DNA of 64,000 nt, from contig CM052816.1 of NCBI GenBank assembly GCA_028534125.1, positions 42,596,001 through 42,660,000 on the forward strand, read 5' to 3'. Shown here piece by piece: positions 36,201 through 49,860 of this stretch. How positions within the stretch are numbered: position 1 is the stretch's first letter; the number at the start of each line of letters is the position of its first letter. The notes under the pieces were generated by a model. It was given only the letters and a program-made list of their open reading frames with translations, had not been told where the DNA came from and did no database searches. Both the position numbers and the translations under genes were made by a program. The stretch comes from Lama glama (lineage: Eukaryota).

Positions 36201-37260
36201 ATTGAGTACAAATGGTTGGTGTAATTTTTTTAATTTCATATTGAAATAACAAATAATTTGAGTATTTCAACACTAGCCCATCAAATAACCTTTAGGATTC
36301 AGTAACAGTCTTTCATTTCACATTCCATTTTTCCATTTTACCTAATACTCTTGTACTTTAGGCTTCCTCTCCCTTCCTTTATGGACCCTAATTTCTCCCT
36401 TCAACTGTGGGTGATCAAGCAGGTTACACACTGCACAACACTGAATGCCACCCCTGAGCCTGTGCAATGTGCAACCTGCATGGCCCCTGATCCCCTCCAG
36501 ACCATTTGCCTGCTCTTTTTCTCACATTTCTGTGTCCTTGCTTGTATTTCTTGCTCCTGAGATCCCATTTCTTTGTTCCTCTTCCAAACTCCGCTTTCAA
36601 CACCTGATTTACAGATGGTCTCCCCCGTGCCTACCCTCTCCTCTCACTGCCTTTTGACTAAAAAAAAGCCATTTTTCCCTCTTCTGTAATCCTAATGTAC
36701 GCTGCATATAGCTACACCACAACTCTCACCAGGTTGTGTTGTAGTTAATCATCTGTATTGGTCTCTTGCCAGATTCAGAAATACTTAAAGGCAAGAGCCT
36801 CAATTTAAAAATCTTTGTATGCCCAGTTTCTAGCACAGAGGATCTATTTTATCAAAGCAATACATGTGGTTTAAAATGTCAAACAACGCTAAAATTCTTT
36901 CCCACCTCACTCCTACCAAACCCCAGTCCTGGTCACACATGTATCAATTTCACAGGTGTTTAAACTTATTTAGAAATATTGTAAAATGTGTTAAGATATG
37001 TATGAGAGTGTGTAGAATGCATATTTCTATTTAACACCCAAGTATCTGCCTCCTAGGTAAAGAAATAAAGCATTTATATAACATCTTGCTTCTAAGATAC
37101 CTTGGAGGTTCATGTGCCCCTTCCAAACATATCCCCTTCCTCCCTGTACAGAGGTAATCACCTGTTTGTTTTTGTTGCAATGATTTTGATGCTTTATAGT
37201 TTTACTCTGTACAATATCTCCAAGCAAGACATTTTAGTTTTGAAAAGCAATGGCAAACAA

Positions 37261-37338
37261 CAATCTAGTTGTGTAACGAAAGGGCAAACATTATCAGATG
37301 GGCAATCTAGTTGTGTAACGAAAGGGCAAACATTATCA
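37261..37338. repeat. Perfect 36-bp direct duplication (period 42)
   Basis: CAATCTAGTTGTGTAACGAAAGGGCAAACATTATCA at 37261-37296 and 37303-37338. Confidence 0.97.
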
Positions 37339-38169
37339 CAATCAGATGAATGGCTCCGGGAGGCCAGCTGAGCAGAGGCTCTGAGTCACAGACTGGCTCC
37401 TGTTTCCTTGGTAGTTTACCAGAGAGGTGGTCCTGAGTGAGTCCTTGGAAACACTGGGAACCCCAGGATTGGGGAGGCTGTTGAATGAACAGGTACAGGG
37501 CATCCCCCCTAGAAACAGTGGTGGAAGTCGGCCGCTCCGCAGCTGCTGCTTCCATGGCCCACCTGCAGCTTTCAGGAGCAGGTGAAAGCACATCTCATCT
37601 GCAGGAGTGTGGCACCCCCTCAACTGGCCAAGGGTGCGGCATGGAGAACAGAAGTGCCGTCAATACAAGGCAGGGTAAGTACAGAAAAGGGCCTGCTTCA
37701 GGCTCATTTAAGCATTCTGTCCTCAAGTTAAAAAAAAAAAAAAGGCACAAGATTGCTCTCAACATGTGGAATTTCACAGCTCCATTCTGGACTCGGCCAT
37801 CTGAGCCCAAGCCCAGCTCTCTTCCTGGGATCTCCCGTTACTATCACCCTAGGGATTTCGCTTCCCTCCATCCTGGGTTGGATCTCCTGTTTCCCATACC
37901 CCATATATATTTTTGTTACAGCTAAACTGCTGTCACAGAGACGTAATGCTATGACAGAAGCTTTTTTCTAACAGTTCTGGGGCAGGCAGGTGGCTCTGCT
38001 CTGTGACATCACCATCAATCCAGAGGTTGTATGCAGCACTAACGTTCACACCCCATGGGCCAAAACTTAATCTTTGGCCCCACTGAGCTGCAGGTAAGGC
38101 TAGGCAATGGTGTCCCTGCTGGGAACCCCCTGCCCAGCTAAAACTCAGGGAGGTCTACACCAGAAGAAA

Positions 38170-38500
38170 GAAGGAGAGGAAACACCTTCTCAGGAAGTCT
38201 TCCCACATCATACTATTTAACATTTCACTTGGCAATCTCTATCCTTAGTCCTTCTTTATTTTTCTCTATAGCATTTATCACCTAACATGTTGTATAATTT
38301 GTTTATTTATTTTATTTACTGTCTGTCTTCACCACTAAAATGTAAGTCCCCTGAGACCAGGATTTGTGTCTATTTATTTACTGCTATATCTGCAGCATCA
38401 AGAAGATTGTTTAAAAAAAAAAAAAGAGATTGCACATAGTAGGCACTTGATAAATGTTAGGTGTTTGAATGAATGAGTGAGTGAATGAGTGAATGAATGA
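38170..38500 (+). mobile_element. L2 3' end with (GAAT/GAGT)n tail
   Basis: CCACTAAAATGTAAGTCCCCTGAG..GCACATAGTAGGCACTTGATAAATG..TGAATGAATGAGTGAGTGAATG. Confidence 0.8.
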
Positions 38501-41500
38501 TTAGATGCAGATTACCCAACTATTAGCTCCTGGATGTTTTTCTTTGGAGCTGTGTGGTTTCTCCAGTTTTACAGCTGGGAGTCAGGCCTTGCCACCAGGT
38601 TCTGGCTGCCGAATAGGGTAAAGGGATCTGGCAGCCCCCTGGTCAGTGTGCAGGCTCTCATGTCCTCTATCTTCTAGTGGCTTCTTGCTGAATAATTCTG
38701 TGTGGTATGCATGGATAGAAAGCACTATCGTCCAAAGAACACCAAGAAGTTGGCACAGGGGGTTGGCAGAGGGAAGCAACAGAAATAACTAGGCAAATAA
38801 ATTCACAGCCAGAGCTCTATTTTTTCTGTTTACTCTAAGAAGTAAGTGATTCAATCTCCACGTGTCTCATTTCAGTAACTGTCTTCAGTCTGCCCCTTCC
38901 AGCCTGGCCCCTGGAGTGGGACGCCTGACAGCCATTCTTCCCAATTCAAGGTTGTCAAAGATGCGTAAATGTGTCTGTGTGGTCTAGACCACACTGTTGA
39001 TACACCCAGTATTATTAGGCCATTATCTTGACATGTGGTTATAAGAGGAAGCCATGCTAATTCACTGTGTCATACAATTTTTAGTGGGTCCTGGGAAGTA
39101 TTTCAAAGTGTTGGGCTCCTGAGGTATTTTAATTAAAATTGCTTTGTTATATTGATAGTGATCTTGTCTTATTAAACACATTGGACATTTGAAGGGGCAG
39201 AATTTAATCTTACTAATTAGTAGAAGAGAATTCTGGCCTGGTCTCTTTAAGCGTAAGTGATATTTAAACACCGGTCTATATTTACACACAGATTTCTATT
39301 TCCTGTCCCAGGTGACTTTTCTGGCAAGCTGTGCAGAGCTAAACGGGGAAGGAGAGATGAAGAGGTATAGGAGAGCCAATGACAGCGCCAAACTTTGCGT
39401 AACCTCTCTGGGATTGCACCTAGTGCTCCTGGGGTTTTATTCCTAGTGGCTCTTCCTGGTCGTTGGGGTCCTCCCACCTAGCAGAGCTGGAGCCTCTCTG
39501 GATGCTTGTAGGAGAGGGCGGAGCAGCTGCCCCTCACTCTTCTCTTGTGTGCCTTGTGAAACTTGGAATAGTTCATACATAAAATTGCAGGTGGTTTTTA
39601 AGGTGGGGAGGTGGGGGTTTGGCACTGCCTTTCCTTATTATTCTGCCAAGTCATCCTGAGGACTGAGGACGGATGCTCTTTAATATGATTTGCCCTGGCT
39701 CTAACTCTGGTGAGATTACAGGGACCAGAGGGCCCACTCTAGGAGTGGAGGACAGACAACTCCTGGGAAAGCCAAATCAGAGAACTCAGCTAGAACCTGT
39801 CCCCCAACACCGAGCTGTTTCCCAATATCTAGAACACACTCCCGCATGTGTGGCAAGAGTGGGTGTGTAAGGCTGCCTCTGAGTGCCCCTAGTCAGCCCA
39901 CTGATCAGAAGCCTGGAGACTGGAGAGGGCCAGAGAGGGCAGGGGAAGACAGGACAAGTCTCGGGCTGACTTCATAAAGGGAAGAGTGTGGGTGGCCCTA
40001 GAAACACCACAGGCTGACCAGACGGGAGCCCTGGTTCTCCCCACCCAGGAAGCCTGAGGCAGGCTGTACCAGTGAGGGTACAATGTGGCCTTAGAGCACT
40101 TCTGAAGCCAAGTTACCCCACCCCCTTGCATTCAGGTGCAGCCCAAGGGTTGATGAACTGTCCTTAACCCGACTGAAGAGATTCCCCTTGCCCAAATGGA
40201 TGGATCAATAGATGCAAAGTGCTCCCTTAAATGCCCCCGAGCTGGCAGGAGAAGGAAATCCCCCCTGTGTCAGCATCTGAGGAGTGAGGGAGACATGTTT
40301 CCACTAACAGGATGGTCTTCAGTATGAGGACCCTTTCTCCACTGATTATCCTTTGACTACAGGAGAGTGGGTCCTGTGACCTGCAGAATGCTGGGGTGCC
40401 TGAGGGTTAGTGAGAGGGTCAGAGAATGTACATGGACATTCTGATTTTCCACAGGTGTATATAACGAGGTGCCACTCCATGTACCTTTCACTGCATCCAT
40501 GTTTTCTAATATTTTCATATAGGTGAACAACAGGTTTTCCCAGTTAAAAGTTTTCTTGGTTTGTTTTCTTACATGGCAGTAGCAGCAGGGAATAAAACAT
40601 TAATTCATTTAAAGGATCACTGCATGTACATATAATTATGCAGTCAAAACATTTGCTTTTTAAAAAAAATCCCAACATTCATAATAACTTTTGATTATTA
40701 TTGCTGTGTGAGTCAATGGCTAAAGCACAGTGACTACACGTGGAGAGGCTGTGCTCTGCCCCATCTTCTAGTATGGAAAATAGAAATAGAAAGGGAGTCC
40801 GCGAATTTGGAAATACGGGAGACACTGCCCTGTACCAAAGAGAGGGCTAACACTGGTGGCTCTCAGTCTTCCTACCTATACAGATCAGAATCTAAAAAAC
40901 AGCTGTAGTGTAAAGGCAGTATCAAAGAATGGTTAACTCATACCAAAGTCAAGGTCTGAGGTATGCCCCGTGTTTCCTAGGCATTTTAAAGAGGCTATGT
41001 AACACCTGCACGGGCTGAAACAGGTGAATGTGAGAGTCTGCAAGGTACGGTGATGGAAGCTGAGAGAGACCCAGCTGCACTCACTGGGTGCCAAGCACTA
41101 AGTTTGGAACATGTTCTCACTCACGTGATCCTCACAGCAGCCCTACAAGCCAACTACTGTCATCATCATTTCCATTCTAAGAAGGGAAAACTAAGGCACA
41201 GAGAGGTAGGTTAAGCTGCTCCGGGTCTCTCAGCAGAGCCAGGATTTGAGCACAGCAGGCTTCCAGGAGCACATTCTCAGCAGCACTCTGCCTTTAACCA
41301 GGCCTCTCCTTGTAAAGGGGAACTACCTGCGTTTCCTGGTTTACCTGATTGACTGAAGAAGGGCCTCCCTGGGCCTCTGGGCTCAGAGCCACAACCTCAA
41401 GAGATGGTTTGATAGCTTCCCCAGCACAGACTGTCCCTTAGCTCAGTGTTTCTCAGGGTAGGATCTTCAGAACACTGGGTCCGCCGCACGTTAAATTTTA

Positions 41501-44017
41501 CACGAAGAAAGGGGCTCCGTGGTCAAACGTGTTTGGGAAATGCTGGGCCACACGATATGCTGGCCTGCAGGGCTTGCGCTCACGTGGAGAGCCCAAGCCT
41601 TTTATCTGATAAACTTTAAAAACTCATGCTACTGAGGACTTCCAGTCTCCAATGCGACACCTGGGAAGCCTGGAAAGTTGCCACTCCATCCTAACAGAAA
41701 GGAAGCTGAACAAACAGAAAACTCAAGAACTCTTCTTAGATCTGTAAGAGAAGTGAGGTCATAAGGCAAACTACTGCCCCCCAAACTGAAGACAATGCCA
41801 GGCAAATACAGAGAATCTCAACTCACCAGAGCAGAGAGCTCCGTGAGAGCTAGCGCTGGGGGAGGGAAACCGCTGTAGTTATCAACTAACGGCTGGAGGC
41901 TCCGAGTGCACAACTCTCAGAGCTGAATACCAGGGCCACCTGGTCGTCTGGGCCCACACTACTGTGAGTTAGAACCTGGAGTTCTAACGAGGTTCTCGCA
42001 GTGAATATGGAGGAAAAATCCTCGTGCTTTCAGCAGGGAAGGGGAAAGGGAACCATTTTCAAATAGGCCAGAGCATTCTGTTCTCCTTAACAAAGTCTGT
42101 TCTCAAGAGGTAACCACTGTTTAACCAGAGCCTAACATGCTGGGGTTTTATCAGAGCCAACTGACCTGGGGGAAAGAAAAAACTCAGCTCCAGTCCCCTC
42201 TGGCCTTCCCAGGAGAAAAGGGAAATTCACAGCTCCATTCTAGCCATCCTACTCTCAGGCAGGGCCCCCCACCCCTGGGTGTGGGGACTAAGGTGGACTC
42301 AGTGAGGCTCAGTCCAGAAGCACAGGCTCACTAAGAACTGAGGCCTAATCAAAGGACTGGGATAGGCTTCCCTCCCTCCACAAGTCTTCCCGCCACATTA
42401 CTAATAGCCTATTTACAGCAGTCACCCAGTGCATTGTGTAGAACTATCAGGGGAAAATTACAAGGTACATTAAAAGGCAAAAAACACAGCTGGAAGAGAT
42501 AGAGAAGCATTAGGCAGGGATGTTGGAATTATGAGACTAGGGATGTAAAACAGCTAAGATGAACACACTAAAGGCTCTAATGGATAAAGTAAACAGCATG
42601 AACGAACGAATGGGCAATGTTAGCAGAGAGATGGAAATTCTAAGAAAGAACCAGAAAGAAATGCTAGAGACCGAAAGCAGTGAGCCCAACCAGATGTTGT
42701 GTACAAGAACCCCATTTAAAGACACATACAGATTAAAAGAAAATGAATGGATAAAGATATACATGTCAACACTAATCAAAAGAAAGCAGAGCAGATTTCA
42801 AAGCCAAAAAAGTTACCTCCTAATTTTAAGCAGGGCAGACGTCAAAGCAAAGAACGTTATCACGGATAAAGAAAGGCATTACATAAAGATAAAGGGATAA
42901 ACTCTCTAAGAAGTCATAATCCTTAACTTGCTGTGCCCAACAACAGAGCATCGAAATACATGATGCAAAAATGGACAGAACTACAAAGAACAGCAGATGA
43001 TTTCACTATTGAAGTTGAAGACTTCAACACTCTTCTATCAGAAATGGGTAAATTCAGCAGGCAGAAAATGAGTAAGGTTGTAGTCAAACACACCATCACC
43101 ACCAATCAGCTGGAATAATCAGCATCTTATAGACCATATCCAACAGCAGAATACACATTCTTCTCAAGTTCACCTGGAACATTCACTGAGATAGACCATA
43201 CTCTGGGACATAAAAACACAGTGACAAATTTAAAAGAACAGAAATCATACAATGTCTGCTCTTGACCTCAATGGATTAAACTAGAAATCAACACAAAAAG
43301 ATATCTGGAAAATCCTAAAATACATGGGGATTAAACAACACTTCTAAACAACACATGTGTCCAAGAAGAAATCTCAAGAGAAATTTAAAACACTTTTTAC
43401 CTAAATGAAAATGAAAAGACAGCTTATCAAAATTTGTGGGATACAACAAAAGCAGTCTTTACAGGGAAATTTATACCATTAAATGTATATATTAAAAAAA
43501 GAAGGATCCAAAATCAGTCACATAAGTTTCTACCTTAGAAAACCTAAAAGCCTCAATTAAGCATAAGAAAAAAAATAAGAATTAGAGCAAAAATCAATGA
43601 AATTGAAAACAAAATCAATAAAGAAAAATCAACCAAACAAAAAACTGATTCTTTGAAAAGATCAGTAGCATCAATAGGCCTCTAGTCAGGCTACCTAGGG
43701 GAAAAAAAAAAAAAAAGAGAGAGAGAGAGAAAGAAAGAGAGGACACAAATTACAAATATTAGAAATAAAAGAAGGTACATTACTAGATTCCATGGATGCT
43801 AATGGAATAATAAAGGAATACTATAAACAACTCTATGCCTGCAAATTTGGTAACCTAGGTGAAACAGACCAATTCCTTGAAAGACAATTTGCAGAAACTC
43901 ACACAAAAAGAAATAGACAGTCCAAATAGGGCTGTATCTACTAAAGAAATAGAATCAATAATTAATAACCTTCTAAAACAGAAAGCACCAAGCGCAGATG
44001 GGTTCCTTGGTAAATTC

Positions 44018-44139
44018 TTTTTAAAAAAATTTTTTATTTTTTATTTTATTTTATGTTAAATAAAGATATTGGGCATTGAACCCAGGACCTCATGCATGCT
44101 AAGCATGTGCTCTACCACTGAGCTATACCCACCACCCCC
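44018..44139 (-). mobile_element. tRNA-derived SINE (camelid Vic-type) nested in L1
   Basis: Reverse complement reads GGGTATAGCTCAGTGGTAGAGCACATGCTTAGCATGCATGAGGTCCTGGGTTCAATGCCC (A and B boxes) plus A-rich tail. Host L1 sequence is duplicated on either side. Confidence 0.9.
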
Positions 44140-45738
44140 TTCACTGATGAATCTATCAAACATTTAAGGAAGAAATTATATCAATTCTCTACAATCTCTT
44201 TCAGAGGATGGAAGCAAAAGTAATACTTCCTAACTCATTCTATGATGCAGCATTACTCTAATAGCAAAACCAAAGACTCTGCAAGAAAACTATAGTGCTC
44301 TATGACTCATGAACACAGATGCAAAGGTCCTTGACAAAATATTAGCAAATCAAATCCAACAATGCATAAAAAGAATTATACACCTCAATCAAGCAGATTT
44401 ATCTCAGGTATGCAAAGCTGGTTCAACACATGAAAATCCATTAATGCAACCAATCATGTGAAAAGGCTTCACAAGAGAAATCACATGATCGTATCTATAG
44501 ATGTAAAAAAGCATGTGACAAAATCCAGCACTTGTCCATGATAAAAACTCTCAGTAAACTAAGTATAGAGGAGAACATCACCAACTTTATAAAGATCCAC
44601 AAGAAACCCACAGCTAACATCACATGTAATGGCAAGAAACTTGAAGCTTCCCCACTAAGATCAGGTACAAGGCCAGAATGTTCCTTCCTTTTCAATATTA
44701 TATTGGAAGCTTGAGCTGATTTATTAAGACAAGAAAAGGAAGGGAAAGGTGTACAGATTGGGAAGGAAGAAATAAAACTGTCCTTATTCATAGATAACAT
44801 GATTATCTATGTAGAAAATTCAAAAGAATCAACAAAAGAACTCCTGAATAACAAGTAATTATAGCAAGGTTACAGGATACATGTTTAATACATGAAAGTC
44901 AATTGCTTTCCTATATACCCGTAATGAACAAAAGGAACTGAAAATTAAAAACACAGTATCATTTATATTAGCACCCCCCCACCCAAAATACTTAGGTATA
45001 AACCTAACACAATATACAAGATCTATATGAGGAAAAGTACAAAACTCTGATTTTAAAAAGTCAAAGAAGTAAATAAATGGAGAGATATTCCATGTTCATG
45101 GATAGGAAGATTCAACATCGTCAAGATGTCAGTTCTTCCCAACGTGATCTACAGATTCAATGCAATTCTAATCAAAATCTCAGCAAGTTATTTCCGGAAT
45201 TTACAAACTGATTCTAAAGTGTACACAGACAGTCAAAAGGCCCAGAACAGTCAACAGAAAAACAGAGTTGAAGGACTGACATTATGTGACTTCATGACTT
45301 ACTATAAAGCTAAAGTAATCAAGACAATGTGGGTATTGGAAAAAAACAGACAAATAGATCAATGACACAGGACAGAGAGCCCAGAAATAGATTCACATAC
45401 ATATAGTCAACTGATCTTTGACAAAGGAACAAAGGCAATGCAATGGAGCAAAGAGAATCTTTTCAACAAATGGCACTAGAACAACTGGGCATCCACAGGC
45501 AAAACAATGAATCTAGACACAGATCTTACATCCCTCAAAAAACTTAACTCAAAATGGATCACAGATAGAGATGTAAAATGAAAAACTATAAACCTCCTAG
45601 GAAATAACAGAGTAGATGTTCTAGATGGCCTTGGGTATAGTAATGACTTTAGATACTGCACCAAAGGCATGTCCCATGAAAAGAAGAGTTGATAAGCTGA
45701 ACTTCACTAAAATTAAAAAAATTCTGCTCTGTGAAAAG

Positions 45739-46235
45739 TGTTGGAAGGCAGAGATATTGAATAATATCCTCTGAACTGAGAAGGAACTTTGAGACCAAAA
45801 AGCAATGCAGGCAACTCCATAAAGCACAATCATGAAAGTTTATTGTGGGCACTTTCACATAGATAGGAAGGACTGAGTGGATTATGACCAAGAGGCATTC
45901 CCAGCTGCTCCCCACACCACCGAAAGGGGTGCAGGGAAATGAAAGGGGCCAAAGCTAAACACAGAATCTGACTACGAGGGAAAATCATATCTGTACTGAG
46001 AGGAACTAGGGTTTTCTTCTTCCCCCAGGGGGTCTCATGACCATCTGGTTCAGCAAAAGGCGTTCTTTCAGCTTCATATCAGATGAAGGCCAGGGTGAAA
46101 GCTGATAGGGAACCTATATGGCTTGGGTGCATTCCTTGTGAGTAGACTGAAGTGCAGTCCTGCAGAGAGAAGAGCAGTAGGACTGTGGGCCTAAATGGAG
46201 CTGACACAGTAGAGTCAGTGTGAGCCAGCCACACA
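45739..46235 (-). mobile_element. Solo LTR nested in L1 ORF2
   Basis: ~500-bp non-L1 insert TGTTGG...CACA with minus-strand AATAAA (TTTATT ~45839). Host AAAG is repeated at both junctions and L1 resumes colinearly. Confidence 0.7.
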
Positions 46236-49200
46236 AAGTCACTTACAAGAGAAAGAAAAACAAGCAAAAACTGGGAGAAAGTATGTACAAAAGATATATT
46301 TGATAAAATATTGAAATGCAAATTAAAACAACAATGAGATACCACTATAAACCTATGAAAGTGGCCAAAATCCAGAACTATGACAGCACCAAATGCTGGC
46401 CAGGATATGGAATAACAGGAGTTCGTTCACTGCTGGTGGGAATGCAAAATGCTACACCCACTTTGGTAGACAGTTTGGTGGGTTCTTACAAAACTAAACA
46501 TACTCTTACCATATTATCTCACAATTGTACTCCTTGGTATTTACTCAAATAAGCTGAAAACTGATGTCCACACAAAAACTTGCACATAGATGTTTATCGC
46601 AGCTTTAGGCATAATTGCCAGAACTTGGAAGCAACCAAAATGTTCTTCAGTAGGTGGTACTGAAAATAGACTGTGACACATCTAGACAATGGAATATTAT
46701 TCAATACTAAAGAGAAATGAGCTGTTAAGCCATGAAAAGACATGGAGGAAACTTAAAGGCATATTACTAAGTGAAAGAAGACAATCTAAAAAGATTACTT
46801 ACTGCATGATTCCAACAACATGACATTCCAGAAAAGGCAAAACTATGGAGATGGTAACAATAACAGTGGCTGCCAGAGTCTGAGGGTCGGAGGGATGAAT
46901 AGGCAGAGCACAGAGGATTTTTAGGGTAGTGAAACTGTTCTGTATGATACATGTTGTTACACATTTATCCAAACCAATACAATGCACAACACCAAGAGTG
47001 AACTCTAATGGAAACTATGGACTTTGGGTGATTATGATGTGTCAGTGTGGGCTCATCAATTGTAATTAACATACCACTCTGGGAGGGATGGTGATAATGG
47101 GGGAGGCTATATGTTTGTGTAGAGGCAGGAGGTATAGGAGAACTCTAACTTTTGCTTAATTTTGCTGTGAAGGTAAAACTGCTCTAAAAACATAAAGTCT
47201 ACTAAAAAAAAAAACTATGCTCTTAACCTCACCAAAACCCCCACACATACAAACTTTCATCTTTCTCCCTTCACTGAGATCGAGGAAGAAAACAAACAAA
47301 GGATAGCTGGCAGGGAAACAACCTCCCGGAGGGGCATCTCCAGCTTGAAGGGGTGATGTGGGAATGGGTCACAGAGAGTCATAAGCAGGTGAGCTTAACC
47401 AGGTCCTAAACCCAGTCTTACTCTTTAGATCCTCCAGATGTACTAGATTAGCACCTGTGATATGTTAGTAGACAACACAGTCCTAAGTATCAGCAAATGT
47501 AGAAATAGCATCCTTAAGACTGAGCTCTTTCAGACAGTTCACAGATCCTAGGATTCTCTCTGTTCACTGCAGCAAGCATGCCATGGCTGAAAGCAAACAT
47601 ATGCACAAAAAGGTTTTTTACTTACTCTTCATGGAATGCAGAATTCCCTTGGTCACAAGGCTATATTGTGGGTGTGACATGCTGGGGGTGGGGGAAGGGA
47701 TAAATTCACAAGTTCACAAAGGGGTATGCAAAGCATTTACTGAAACAAAGTTTTTCAGTTTTTATCCAGTTCTGCTGGCCTTCACCAAACCCATGTCACT
47801 GGTTTACAGTGGTTACTGAACCATTTAGAAAACATTTTTGTAGCTACTCATGTTTTTCCTTCCTTCCATCCTCCTTCCCTCCCTCCTTTTCTCTTTTCCT
47901 TTCTTTCTTTCCACCTTTCTTTTTTCAGTAGTACTATTCAATAAAAGAATGTTCATCCAAGCTGCCCAGCTCCTACCCAAGAACCAGCCCTGAAACTGCT
48001 GTTTCAAGGACAGATTTTTACAACGTGGGACCGAATTCAAATCCTGGTTAGGCCATTTCCTAGCCATGTGCCTGTGGCTAAGCAAATCTCTCCAGCTTGG
48101 GCTCTTACTATAAGAGTTAAAAGTAACTAAATTAACTAATTAAATTAAAATTGATTACAAGGAAAGAGGATTAACAGAGATGCCTCACTCCCTGGCTATT
48201 GGGGCTGAACAGGCCCTGCAACCTGCTCCCTCTCTCTCGCACACTTGAAACCAGGATATGCTGTTTGTTTTCCAGTCATCAGTCTCAGGTTACTTACTTC
48301 AAATATTAACCACAAGGGTGGTGTGTTAACCTCGATAACATTTGAAGAATCATGGTCAGGTTAGACCTTGGAATGTCCAGGGAGGAGGGTGAGGACGAAG
48401 GTGGGGGAGAAGTGATGACCTTGATGACTCCTCAACCTTGGAGCCAGGGACACGTCCAGTCTCCATTTGTCTCCATGTGTCTTCCCACCCTGCACCAAGC
48501 CAGCAGTGAGTGTGTCACAGCACCTTCAAAGGGAGCATCAGCTCCAGCATTAGCTGGATTGACTTTACATTCTTCTTAGACGGCTTATGGAGGCTGTTTG
48601 CTAGTGGGTAGAGCATGTGTGCTTTGGAGTCTGGTCTGAGTTCTTCCCAGCTCTGCCACTTATTAACTACATGGCCTCAGGCCGTCACTCACTGTGCTTA
48701 TTTTAGAATGGAGATACGGACAGGACATGGTTCACAGGATTGCTGGGACAATGTGACAATACTAATAACCACACAGTGCTAACTCTGTGCAAGACACTGC
48801 CTTCAGCACTTTAACGTTTATGACCTCGTTTACTCCTCCCAATGAAACCACAAGGTTGCTACATCCACTACCACCATTTTATAAATAAGCAAACACAGTC
48901 CAGAAAGAGGCCACTTCACCTGTCTGAGGCCACACGATAAGACGTGGAGCTGGGATCCGAGTCAACACCGAACAATCTGGCTTCATAACTCGTGTTTAAT
49001 CACCTCACAAGACTGCTTTTTAATGTTATATACTATCTCTTCTAAAGGAAGTAACATATGCAAAATGCCTGGCACTTAGTAAAACTGCATTAAATAGTAA
49101 TGTGGAAATAATAAATAATCCTTCTATTTCCCCATGCCCCGCCAGCCTATGGAGTTCATACAAACAATAACAACAGCAATTTCACTTGACAGCTCTGCCT

Positions 49201-49682
49201 GCAGAACACAAACCCCAAAGTCTCCCAGAGTTATTCCTGGAGTGTCTCCTGTCCTTTCACATTTGCCCTTCCCTGAAGGCCTCGTCCTTAAAAGTCCCTC
49301 GACAGTGGGGCTTCACTCTGCTTCCATTGTGAGTATCATCTGCGCCCTGCCCTGGAGCCAAACCTCTCATCAAGTTCCCTGATCCCTAATCATAAATGGG
49401 GAACTTGGGTCATAGCAGTTAACATCATCACCTTGGAGACCAGTAACTCTGCTGGGTTCTCCATCAACTGTGTACCACTACATTCAATAGACATTTCTGA
49501 AGCAACTATTATGTTATGGAAATGATGCTAAAAAGACATATAAAAATGAACATACAAGCAAATCAGTATGCCCAGACTGTTACCCTATAGCAGCTCAGGA
49601 ACCCCTGATGCCTACAAGTACTAAGGTCCCACCCAAGATCAGCCTTTCTTGCCATGTCATTAAAAATAATGTGGGCTAGCAA

Positions 49683-49796
49683 GGGAGGGTATGGCTCAAA
49701 TGCTTAGCATGCATGAGGTCCTGGGTTCAATCCCCAGCACCTCCTCTAAAAATAAATAAATAAACCTAATTACCTACCCCCACAAAAAAAAAAAAA
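49683..49796 (+). mobile_element. tRNA-derived SINE (camelid Vic-type)
   Basis: GGGAGGGTATGGCTCA..TGCTTAGCATGCATGAGGTCCTGGGTTCAATCCCCAGCACC..(AAAT)nACCTAATTACC..poly-A. Confidence 0.9.
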
Positions 49797-49830
49797 GGTT
49801 GTAAAAGAGAAAGTGTTGTATTGGTGCTGT

Positions 49831-49860
49831 TGGTGGTGGTGGTGGTGGTGGTGGTGGTGG
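49831..49860. repeat. (TGG)10 microsatellite
   Basis: Ten perfect TGG units. Confidence 0.97.

Larger units (their letters stand above)
41631..47209 (+). mobile_element. Old L1 (L1MC-like), 5' UTR to poly-A, internally deleted and degenerate
   Basis: 5' UTR-like start, ORF1 coiled-coil remnant (MNTLKALMDKVNSMNERMGNVSREMEILRKNQKEMLE), frameshifted ORF2 endonuclease/RT remnants ([41 protein letters not shown]), 3' UTR and A-tail. TSD AAAAACT(C)ATGCT at 41618-30 and 47210-21. Confidence 0.9.

Noticed and set aside
44060..44135. tRNA gene
   Set aside because: A and B boxes are present but belong to a SINE with an A-rich tail, duplicated target and two sibling copies in the window.
42559..46552. 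L1 ORF1/ORF2 fragments as functional genes
   Set aside because: Many stops, frameshifts, a large deletion and nested insertions mark a dead element.
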